64,000 nt of DNA from an uncultured Verrucomicrobiae bacterium (GTDB lineage: Bacteria; Verrucomicrobiota; Verrucomicrobiia; Limisphaerales; Palsa-1400): assembly GCA_963764165.1 (NCBI GenBank), contig CAVXRD010000001.1:1088001-1152000 (forward strand). Reading direction: 5' to 3'. Position numbers and translations under genes: made by a program. The notes beneath the pieces were generated by a model. It worked only from the letters and a program-made list of their open reading frames with translations, did no database searches and was not told the origin of the DNA. Positions 1-7,586 of the stretch are shown in pieces. Numbering within the stretch: the stretch's first letter is position 1; every line of letters begins with the position of its first letter.

Positions 1-21
1 TGGCAACGAGTTTCTTTTCGT

Positions 22-444
22 ATGAGCACCAGCCAAACTGTACCACCACCCATCAGTGCCGCCGCTTACGTGAGAACGGCCACGGAGAACCAAGACTCGG
101 CAAGCAACCAAATGGACTCCATCAGAAAATATGCCGAGCGCCGGGGAATACAAATCGTCAAAGAGTATTCTGACGCAGGCAAGAGCGGTTTGAGTGCCAA
201 GGGCCTCGAATCCCTGGCAGAGATGATTCGGGATGTTCAGAATGGACCAATCAATTTCTCAGCCATCCTTCTGTACGATGTCAGTCGGTGGGGCCGATTT
301 CAAGATGCCGATGAAAGCGCCTATTATGAATTCATCTGCCGCCGAGCCGGGGTGTTGGTTCATTATTGCGCCGAGCAATTTGAAAGTGAGGCCATCCCTG
401 TTTCCATGATTGTCAAATTACTCAGACTCTTTCCGCGTAAATGA
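22..444 (+). CDS. Truncated serine recombinase catalytic-domain paralog (140 aa), catalytic Ser replaced by Ala
   Basis: Aligns with the N-terminus of the next gene (YDVSRWGRFQDADESAYYE identical). The motif YVRMS reads YVRTA here. No DNA-binding region. Confidence 0.75.
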   Translation: MSTSQTVPPPISAAAYVRTATENQDSASNQMDSIRKYAERRGIQIVKEYSDAGKSGLSAKGLESLAEMIRDVQNGPINFSAILLYDVSRWGRFQDADESAYYEFICRRAGVLVHYCAEQFESEAIPVSMIVKLLRLFPRK

Positions 445-454
445 AAACTTCTGC

Positions 455-1999
455 ATGAGCACTGGCCCATCAAACCTACCACCAAACAATGCCGCCGCTT
501 ACGTGAGAATGTCCACGGAGCACCAGCAGTACTCAACCAGCAACCAGATGGACGTCATAACAGAGTACGCCAAACGCCGTGAAAAGCAGATCGTTAAGCA
601 ATACTCGGACGAGGGCAAGAGCGGACTAAATATCCAAGGCCGCGAATCGCTGGCGCGGATGATTCAGGATGTTCAGGACGGGCAAATCAATTTTTCATCC
701 ATCCTCGTGTACGATGTCAGCCGGTGGGGGCGATTTCAGGACGCGGACGAAAGCGCCTATTACGAATATATCTGCCGCCGTGCCGGGGTTTCGGTCCATT
801 ATTGTGCCGAGCAATTTGAAAATGACGGCAGCCCGATGTCCTCGGTCATGAAAACCATGAAGCGGACGATGGCTGGTGAATACAGCCGCGAATTGTCATC
901 CAAAGTTTTTCAAGGAGCCTGTCGGTTAATCCAAATGGGGTTCAAGCAGGGCGGCACTGCTGGATTCGGCCTTCGGCGCGTACTGGTTGATCAGAGCGGC
1001 CAGCAAAAAGCCGTGCTAAAAATGGGAGAGCATAAAAGCCTTCAAACTGACCGGGTGATCTTGATTCCAGGGCCGGAGGAGGAAATCAAAACTGTTCGGT
1101 GGATGTATTCGGCATTTGTTGAAGGAAAAAGCGAATCGGAAATTGCCAAGGTGCTGAACGCCCAGGGAGTGCTCACCGACTTTGGGCGCGCGTGGAACCG
1201 TTCCACCGTCCATCAGGTGCTCACCAACGAAAAATATATCGGCAACAATGTTTATCATCGCACGTCTTTCAAACTGAAACTCAAACACATTGTGAACCCG
1301 CAGGAAAAATGGATTCGTGGGGACGGCAAGTTTGAGGCCATTGTGGAACCCAGCCTTTTTCACACGGCCCAAGGCATCATCCTGGCTCGGAGCCGGAAAC
1401 TTTCGGATGATGAAATGCTGGAGAAATTGCGCGGCGTGCTCAACAAGCATGGTCGCATCTGCGGCATACTGATCGACGAGGCCGACGACCTTCCTTCCAG
1501 CACCGCGTTTCGTTCTCGTTTTGGAAGTTTGGTCTCAGCGTACCGGCTAATCGGCTACGACCCCGGCATTGATTATGATTTTGTCGAAATCAACCGCCGT
1601 CTCCGCCAAGAGCATCCCGTGTTGGTGGCGCGGGTGGTACGCCAAATTGAGGAACTCGGCGCCGTGGCACGATGGGACAAAGAACACCAGATTGTTCATT
1701 TGAATGAGGAACTCCGGGTTTCCATTGTCCTGTGCCGACACTGCACGACGCCTGGCGGGTCGTCGCGATGGCTGGTTCGACTGGATGACGGGTTAAAACC
1801 GGACATTACCGTCGCGGTGCGGATGGACGCAGCCAATGCCGGAATCCGCGACTATTACCTGCTGCCAGCAATTGATATGACTTGGGAAAACCTGCATGTT
1901 GGGGAGGAGAACGGCATTTACCTGGACGCGTATCGCTTTGACACGCTGGAATATCTCTTCGGGATGGCTCAACGCACAAAACTACAGGAGACCGCATGA
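455..1999 (+). CDS. Large serine recombinase (resolvase catalytic domain plus recombinase domain)
   Basis: AAAYVRMST catalytic motif, D-x-G-x-SG, DVSRWGR, and recombinase-domain motifs (FGLRR, LTNEKYIG). Start placed at ATG 455 by alignment with the upstream paralog. Confidence 0.92.
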   Translation: MSTGPSNLPPNNAAAYVRMSTEHQQYSTSNQMDVITEYAKRREKQIVKQYSDEGKSGLNIQGRESLARMIQDVQDGQINFSSILVYDVSRWGRFQDADESAYYEYICRRAGVSVHYCAEQFENDGSPMSSVMKTMKRTMAGEYSRELSSKVFQGACRLIQMGFKQGGTAGFGLRRVLVDQSGQQKAVLKMGEHKSLQTDRVILIPGPEEEIKTVRWMYSAFVEGKSESEIAKVLNAQGVLTDFGRAWNRSTVHQVLTNEKYIGNNVYHRTSFKLKLKHIVNPQEKWIRGDGKFEAIVEPSLFHTAQGIILARSRKLSDDEMLEKLRGVLNKHGRICGILIDEADDLPSSTAFRSRFGSLVSAYRLIGYDPGIDYDFVEINRRLRQEHPVLVARVVRQIEELGAVARWDKEHQIVHLNEELRVSIVLCRHCTTPGGSSRWLVRLDDGLKPDITVAVRMDAANAGIRDYYLLPAIDMTWENLHVGEENGIYLDAYRFDTLEYLFGMAQRTKLQETA

Positions 2000-2877
2000 A
2001 CGACGACGTACAAATGATTCCAATCGACCACATTCGCATTATCAATCCGAGACTTCGGAACAAAGCAAAATTTGAGCTGATTGTGGACAGCATTAAAACA
2101 CTTGGGCTGAAAAAGCCAATTCAGGTGAGCCGTCGTGCGGCGGACGAAGGAAGTGAGCCAGGTTATGATCTGGTCTGCGGGCAGGGAAGAATTGAGGCTT
2201 GCATGGCCTTGGGCTACAAAGAAATTCCGGCGATTGTAGTCGAGGTGAGCAAGGAAGAGCGGTTGCTGCGGAGTTTGGTGGAGAATGCGGCCCGGCGATT
2301 TCCCGTGCCGGCAGACTTGTTGCGCGAAATCGAGCGGTTGAAGGTCGCTGGCTATGGCAATGGCGATATTGGAAAAAAGTTGGGAATTTCTGAATCGTAT
2401 GTCAGCAATTTGATGACGCTGAAGCGGGCCGGAGAAGAGAGGCTTCTCACTGAAGCGCTCAATGGCAAAATTCCAATTTGGATTGCAATGGACATCGCGA
2501 AAACCGATGACGTGGAAATGCAGCGGGAAATGCTCAAGGGACTCGAAAGCAAAAAACTGAACCATATTTCCATTCGGGTGGTGAAGCGCATTATCGAGCA
2601 ACGACGTTTTCTCGGAAAAACACGGGTTCGAGATGATCGAGACAGCCACGCCAGCGCCGATAGCATGGTGAGCATTTACAGGCGCGAGTGTCAGCGCCAG
2701 AAGCTCCAGGTGCGGAAAGCGAAATTATGCGAGGAGAAGCTTCTGTTTTTGGTGAAGGCGTTCGACAAGCTGGTTGGGGACGAAAACTTTGTCAATTTGC
2801 TGAGGGCCGAAGCTTTGTTTACGATGCCAAAATACCTATGGACGAAAACGTCCCACAAACATGAGGAGGCCGCATGA
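1996..2877 (+). CDS. ParB/RepB-like protein (ParB N-terminal domain, HTH, RepB C-terminal domain)
   Basis: NPR, SIKTLGLKKPI, LVCGQGR and SLVENAAR ParB motifs. ATGA overlap with the recombinase. Confidence 0.88.
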   Translation: MNDDVQMIPIDHIRIINPRLRNKAKFELIVDSIKTLGLKKPIQVSRRAADEGSEPGYDLVCGQGRIEACMALGYKEIPAIVVEVSKEERLLRSLVENAARRFPVPADLLREIERLKVAGYGNGDIGKKLGISESYVSNLMTLKRAGEERLLTEALNGKIPIWIAMDIAKTDDVEMQREMLKGLESKKLNHISIRVVKRIIEQRRFLGKTRVRDDRDSHASADSMVSIYRRECQRQKLQVRKAKLCEEKLLFLVKAFDKLVGDENFVNLLRAEALFTMPKYLWTKTSHKHEEAA

Positions 2878-3749
2878 GTGCTGCCAAAGTGGCGTTCGAG
2901 ATGAAAACGATCAAAGTGTCGCTTGATCTGATTTTACCTCTACGCCGAATGAAAAATCCGCACAAAACGATCAGCCGGTACAAAAGGATTCTAACCTCTA
3001 TCAAAGAGGTGGGGCTGATCGAACCGCTGGCAATCCACCCGCAGCGGGATAAATCTGGCACCTACATGCTCCTCGACGGGCATCTTCGTCATAGCGCCTT
3101 AAAGGAGTTGGGTATGACAGAGGCGGACTGCATTATCGCAACCGATGACGAGAGTTTTACCTATAACGCCCGGGTCAGCCGGTTGCAGCCCATCCAAGAG
3201 CACAAAATGATTGTCAAAGCCGTGCAAAACGGGGTGAAGCCGGAGAGAATTGCTGCGGCCCTCGACATGCCGTTGAGCGCGGTGCGTGCATCCATGAATC
3301 TATTGGACGGCATTCATGCCGAAGCGTCCGACATGCTGAAGGACAAGCCGATCAGCCCCAAAGCACTTCGGTTTCTAAAAAAGGTGACAGGCGTTCGGCA
3401 AATTGAAATGGCCGAGTTAATGGTGAATGCGAACATATTCGCATCTGGATATGCCGAGGCGCTTTACTTGGGCACGTCGCGAGACCAACTGGTCGATTCT
3501 GAAACCCCGAAAGTCAAAGAGGGATTGTCACGGGAAGAAATCGCGCGCATGGAGCAGGAAATGGAGTCATTGGAAAAGGATTTCAAGGCAATCGACGAAG
3601 CATTTGGGGAGAACGTGCTGAATCTGACGGTGGTGAAGGGTTACACGAAAAAATTGTTGGAGAACGCGAAAGTGATCCGTTTTTTGAAGGCGAACTATCC
3701 TGAATTTCTGAGCGAATTTGAATGGATCGCGGCGGCGGAAACTTTGTGA
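2874..3749 (+). CDS. Second ParB/RepB-like protein
   Basis: SIKEVGLIEPL and LLDGHLR ParB motifs. ATGA overlap with the previous gene. Confidence 0.88.
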   Translation: MSAAKVAFEMKTIKVSLDLILPLRRMKNPHKTISRYKRILTSIKEVGLIEPLAIHPQRDKSGTYMLLDGHLRHSALKELGMTEADCIIATDDESFTYNARVSRLQPIQEHKMIVKAVQNGVKPERIAAALDMPLSAVRASMNLLDGIHAEASDMLKDKPISPKALRFLKKVTGVRQIEMAELMVNANIFASGYAEALYLGTSRDQLVDSETPKVKEGLSREEIARMEQEMESLEKDFKAIDEAFGENVLNLTVVKGYTKKLLENAKVIRFLKANYPEFLSEFEWIAAAETL

Positions 3750-3760
3750 GGTCAACCCAG

Positions 3761-3792
3761 GTCATCACTTGCGCGTCAAGGATGACTTTTTT
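3761..3792 (+). terminator. Probable intrinsic terminator of the recombinase-parB-parB operon
   Basis: GTCATC-A-CTTG...CAAG-GATGAC hairpin followed by a T6 run, 11 bp after the stop codon. Confidence 0.65.
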
Positions 3793-4095
3793 GGGGCAAA
3801 GCCCTGGAACAAGCCCCGCCGGAACCAGCGCGTGCCTCGCGCCCTGATCGCGCCCTGAACGAATACTCGGGCACAATTCTCGTGCTCGCAGTCCATGGGT
3901 CGTTCGGATAGACTTATAAGTATCACAACGGGATACGATGCGGCTCGCCCCTGACGTGATAGAGCGTCAACTTGCCCACAAGGGGCGTGATAAGGTTCGC
4001 TCCGCTTACAACCCACGCTCAATATTTGCCTGAACGCCGCAGAATGATGCAGTGGTGGGCCTTACCTTGGTTGCGTGGCCACAAAGAAATGACAG

Positions 4096-5034
4096 TCATT
4101 TAGTAAATTTGAGGATTTGTGCAATTCGAGGCCAAAACCTTGGCACTCTGGGGACGGAGGCGTCCTTCACATCCCCTTTGGCCGCGATGGTCCCGCTTTC
4201 CACTGATCTGCTGTTGAAGTGCCTGATGTCAAAAAGCGCGTCGCCCGTTTCCTCAGGCGGATGATGCTGACAAACCTTGTTGCGAAATAAAGCCATCCGG
4301 TCGTTCGGGGTCAGCGTACCGCGATTCCCATCATAATCCAAATACACAAATTCACGATCATCCGTAAACCAAGGTGTCAGTAATTGCGTTATTAGTCCGA
4401 CGGCGGTTGATGCCAGAACCCCATTTGACCAAACTACTTGCGGTCGACTGCCCGCAGCGCCATATTTCTTTGCCTCTTGCGCCAACCGTTCATCCGTAAT
4501 CAAGCCTACACACCGCAAACATGGCTTGCCAGGCATTGAAAGAATGACCTGGCCGCCGATTAAATATTGCTCGCCGCCTAATTCGTGGACGTCCATCCCA
4601 ATGTCGATGTACGGTATTAGGTGCCTTCTGGCAAAGCGTTCCAGTTGTTCGCGTTCGATGAATGAATCCACTGCACCCGCAATAACATCGCACCTCGTTA
4701 GTTCGGAGACGGCGCTGTGCCAAGAGCCTCGAATGCTAATTATGCGTGGCTGTTCAACCAAGCCCGCGAGTTGCCGTTGCGCGATCGTAACTTTGGCTGT
4801 CGCGGGTCCGATGTCGGCCAAGGTTCCGCCTATGAGCCGATTGGTATTTGTGTCGGTGATATGGTCGGGGTCAATGTTGACATAACCGCCGATTCCAAGA
4901 TGGCCGCATTGCTGGACAATATGAGAGCCGCCGCCACCGAGGCCAATAAGGCCAACGGTGGAAGAATACAGCGTGGCCTCACTATCGGTTCCGAGAAAGC
5001 TTTGCCGCTCAAATCGACTCACCTGGTTTGCCAT
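4096..5034 (-). CDS. ThiF/E1-like adenylyltransferase (BubD-like)
   Basis: RFERQ, IGLGGGGS nucleotide-binding loop, D-x-D...NTNR, AVDS, and CLRC plus CQHH Zn ligands. Confidence 0.9.
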   Translation of the reverse strand: MANQVSRFERQSFLGTDSEATLYSSTVGLIGLGGGGSHIVQQCGHLGIGGYVNIDPDHITDTNTNRLIGGTLADIGPATAKVTIAQRQLAGLVEQPRIISIRGSWHSAVSELTRCDVIAGAVDSFIEREQLERFARRHLIPYIDIGMDVHELGGEQYLIGGQVILSMPGKPCLRCVGLITDERLAQEAKKYGAAGSRPQVVWSNGVLASTAVGLITQLLTPWFTDDREFVYLDYDGNRGTLTPNDRMALFRNKVCQHHPPEETGDALFDIRHFNSRSVESGTIAAKGDVKDASVPRVPRFWPRIAQILKFTK

Positions 5035-5519
5035 CCTTTCAACGGCGTGCCCACTTCAACAAATTCGTTGATGATCCTGCCCGGTTGATCTGCGCCCAAC
5101 CAAATGTGACCTCGCGCATGGGTGTGGCTTAAAACCAGCGCACCGTGGGGAAAGCGCGGTGCAACCTGAAAAAAGTTTGGCACAAATTTGGCCTGCTCAC
5201 GAAGGTCAACTTTGCTGAATCCAGGATGTCCCTGCCCGCAGTGCGTATGAACATGGAATATGGAAACACCAGACATTGCCCATTGTAGAGCCTTGCGAAT
5301 TGCCTCCGGCCCCATCATCGCCCCTACGGAATTGTCTCGAAGGTAATCGTCGTCAGCGACAGGACGATAAGCGCGAGCATATACAGACAAGTCACCAACC
5401 GTAGCCGACACCCCGCAGGCAATGAAACCGACCCGCTCATAGGCGAACGGGTGCTGACGCGCCAAGTCCTGTCGAACGGACTTCAAGAGTTGGCGGGTGA
5501 TTTTAAACCGGATTTTCAT
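5019..5519 (-). CDS. JAB/MPN+ metallopeptidase (BubC-like Ubl-processing peptidase)
   Basis: N-terminal Glu (YERVGF) and HVHTH...FSKVD (H-x-H-x8-S-x2-D) JAB motif. Start ATG 5519 overlaps the upstream stop (ATGA). Confidence 0.85.
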   Translation of the reverse strand: MKIRFKITRQLLKSVRQDLARQHPFAYERVGFIACGVSATVGDLSVYARAYRPVADDDYLRDNSVGAMMGPEAIRKALQWAMSGVSIFHVHTHCGQGHPGFSKVDLREQAKFVPNFFQVAPRFPHGALVLSHTHARGHIWLGADQPGRIINEFVEVGTPLKGWQTR

Positions 5520-5851
5520 GATACCGCTCGGAGATGCGCACCCAACATACTGGTCCAAGGCTGCTCGGCCACGACGTTGTTCCACGATGGCGCCCACCAA
5601 CTACGGCCCAGCACCGTATGGTCTTTCCAGCCAGTGCTCTGCCCGATACCCTCCAGCTTTTGTTCGAAAAAAAGTCGGGTTGTGTATCCGCTATGGATTG
5701 AGGGGTGCAATAGAAGCGCCATCGTTATTGTCTTGCCTCCTGCCCGAAATTTGAAATTCGGCAGCAGCACGATAGGCACACTGTTTTCAGCATGAAGAGC
5801 CGCATCGGCATGCAATGCCTGCATAGCGGCAAATTCGACCTTGGCATCCAT
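5516..5851 (-). CDS. Small E2/UBC-like protein without any cysteine (BubB-like)
   Basis: Position between the Ubl and JAB genes. LLLHP...GY...RLFF pattern and WWAPSW segment resemble prokaryotic E2 folds. Fold inferred, not computed. Confidence 0.65.
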   Translation of the reverse strand: MDAKVEFAAMQALHADAALHAENSVPIVLLPNFKFRAGGKTITMALLLHPSIHSGYTTRLFFEQKLEGIGQSTGWKDHTVLGRSWWAPSWNNVVAEQPWTSMLGAHLRAVS

Positions 5852-6528
5852 TAGGAAGAGCCTCCGCCGTTCACCTGGCTATAGAAGTGCATACCACATT
5901 CGATGCGAATGTTTTCATGGGGTTTTAATGTAACAAGCTCGCCATCGGGGGTTTTCAAGTTCAGCAAATACCCCGGCTCAATAGGAAATTTGGACATGAG
6001 TTGTTCGGTGGTATAGACCCCGGGTGCAAGCTCATAGGCAACGTCCTTAAAAAACACTTTTACGAAACGCTTTTCGGTTCTCAAATGCTCCGTCCCCGGC
6101 TCTGCAAAATTGACCTCGTCATCCGGACCCAAAACCTGGTCTGGTCGATCCTTGCGTTCCAGAACCAACAATTCATCCGGCTTCACATGCGCAATCATCC
6201 GCAGCATCGGCTCTTTTATTTTGGAGGAGCCCCAATCAAATCCGCGTTCGTCCACCGTGAACCGGTAGACCCGGTCAGACCTGAATGCCCAAAACACCTC
6301 AACGCCGGGATTGCGAAGATCCACCGTCTGATCCAGGCCGACTGCGACCGTTCCGTGCGCCAGAACCTGAATAAGAACGCAATCATCTGCCGGGCGAAAA
6401 TCCGCTTTGTCCAGCATTTGACGGGCTGTTGGCACGGGGTCCTTGAATTCAAATTTTCGTTCATTTATGGTAGCCGGGAAATGCCCGGCTTTATCGGCAT
6501 GGGGGTCATTTTCAGTTGCGGTGTGCAT
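5851..6528 (-). CDS. Multi-ubiquitin (about three beta-grasp domains) protein with C-terminal GGGSS (BubA-like)
   Basis: Repeated units ending VDLRNPGVEVF, VNFAEPGTEHL and IRIECGMHF. C-terminus NGGGSS. Confidence 0.85.
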   Translation of the reverse strand: MHTATENDPHADKAGHFPATINERKFEFKDPVPTARQMLDKADFRPADDCVLIQVLAHGTVAVGLDQTVDLRNPGVEVFWAFRSDRVYRFTVDERGFDWGSSKIKEPMLRMIAHVKPDELLVLERKDRPDQVLGPDDEVNFAEPGTEHLRTEKRFVKVFFKDVAYELAPGVYTTEQLMSKFPIEPGYLLNLKTPDGELVTLKPHENIRIECGMHFYSQVNGGGSS

Positions 6529-6577
6529 TATGTGCTCCTTTGTTCTTGCTGTTAATGTTTGCTCTCATTACGACCCA

Positions 6578-6683
6578 ACCCTAACCTACAGGGTTTGCAA
6601 TGTCAAGGCACACACGCACTTTCGTGCGTGTGTGCCGCACATTGCGTGTGAGGTTGACATGGGCGGTGTCACCCTGTATCAAT
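6578..6683. promoter_or_regulatory. Back-to-back promoters and candidate operator between the Ubl operon and the HTH gene
   Basis: Minus strand TTGACA (6606-6601)-N17-TAGGGT. Plus strand TTGACA (6654-6659)-N17-TATCAA. 13-bp perfect inverted repeat at 6607-6636. TACAGGGT (6587-6594) and its complement ACCCTGTA (6671-6678). Confidence 0.7.
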
Positions 6684-6688
6684 AGACA

Positions 6689-7000
6689 GTGATTCCAGAC
6701 CCGATTTACAAATTCATTGGCGCGAAAATTCAGGCCCGGCGCAAAAAACTCAATCTCAAGCAGGAGAATCTGGCGCGAATGCTAGGTATATCAAGAGGAT
6801 CACTCGCAAACATAGAAACAGGCCGACAGAGCATTCTTGTCCACCAGCTTTTCAAGTTTGCGGTACAGCTTCAATTATCGCCATTCGATTTGTTGCCAGA
6901 ACAGTCACAGGATGACGTGGGGGGTGAGGCCACAGAACTGCCACTGCCCGCCGACTTAAAGGGGCAGCAAAAAAAGCAGGTTACCAAAATGTTTTCTTAA
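6689..7000 (+). CDS. XRE-family HTH repressor (CapH/ImmR-like)
   Basis: IGAKIQARRKK...QENLA...ISRGSLANIETGRQ XRE HTH pattern. Confidence 0.88.
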   Translation: MIPDPIYKFIGAKIQARRKKLNLKQENLARMLGISRGSLANIETGRQSILVHQLFKFAVQLQLSPFDLLPEQSQDDVGGEATELPLPADLKGQQKKQVTKMFS

Positions 7001-7040
7001 AATATCAAAAACCCAAAAAAAGTAAAACAAGGAGGAAATA

Positions 7041-7574
7041 ATGTCAAAAATCGCAAAGATTGATCCTTATGCTCGCGCACGACAAGTGCTCGACAAACAA
7101 TCGATAAAATCGTTTCCAGTTCCGGTCGAAAGAATTGCCAAGGCCTTGGGCGCGCAGATTCGGTTTGCCCCTCTGGATGATGAACTCTCAGGAATGGTTT
7201 ATGTGAAAGACGGTGTGCCAATCATCGGCGTCAACTCGCTCCATCATCCAAACCGACAAAGATTCACCATCGCTCATGAAATCGGTCATATGGAACTTCA
7301 TTTGGAAATGATCACCAGTTCCGTCCATGTAGACAAAAAGTTTATCGGCCTTATGCGGGATTCAAATTCTTCAACTGGCAACGAGGAGATTGAAATTCAG
7401 GCCAACCAATTCGCAGCAGAACTATTAATGCCCCAAAAACTCATTGAGGAAGAGTTGGAAGGAAAGCAATTTGACATTGATGACGACGGCCCAATTGAAG
7501 AACTTGCCAAAAAATTCCGCGTCAGCAAGCAGGCTTTACTTTATAGAATAGGAAATCGCAGTCAAAAGGACTAG
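7041..7574 (+). CDS. ImmA/IrrE-family Zn metallopeptidase (CapP-like)
   Basis: RQRFTIAHEIGH (HExxH) and EIQANQFAAELLMP motifs. AGGAGG ribosome-binding site. Confidence 0.92.
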   Translation: MSKIAKIDPYARARQVLDKQSIKSFPVPVERIAKALGAQIRFAPLDDELSGMVYVKDGVPIIGVNSLHHPNRQRFTIAHEIGHMELHLEMITSSVHVDKKFIGLMRDSNSSTGNEEIEIQANQFAAELLMPQKLIEEELEGKQFDIDDDGPIEELAKKFRVSKQALLYRIGNRSQKD

Positions 7575-7586
7575 GCCCAGATCACC

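Noticed and set aside
410..454. Programmed frameshift fusing ORF 22-444 to the recombinase
   Set aside because: The second gene has its own ATG at 455, matching the paralog's start, and there is no slippery site.
4096..6528. CBASS Cap2/Cap3, or thiamine/molybdopterin sulfur transfer
   Set aside because: There is no CD-NTase and no thi/moa genes. A multi-domain Ubl with a separate E2-like gene fits a stand-alone conjugation operon better.
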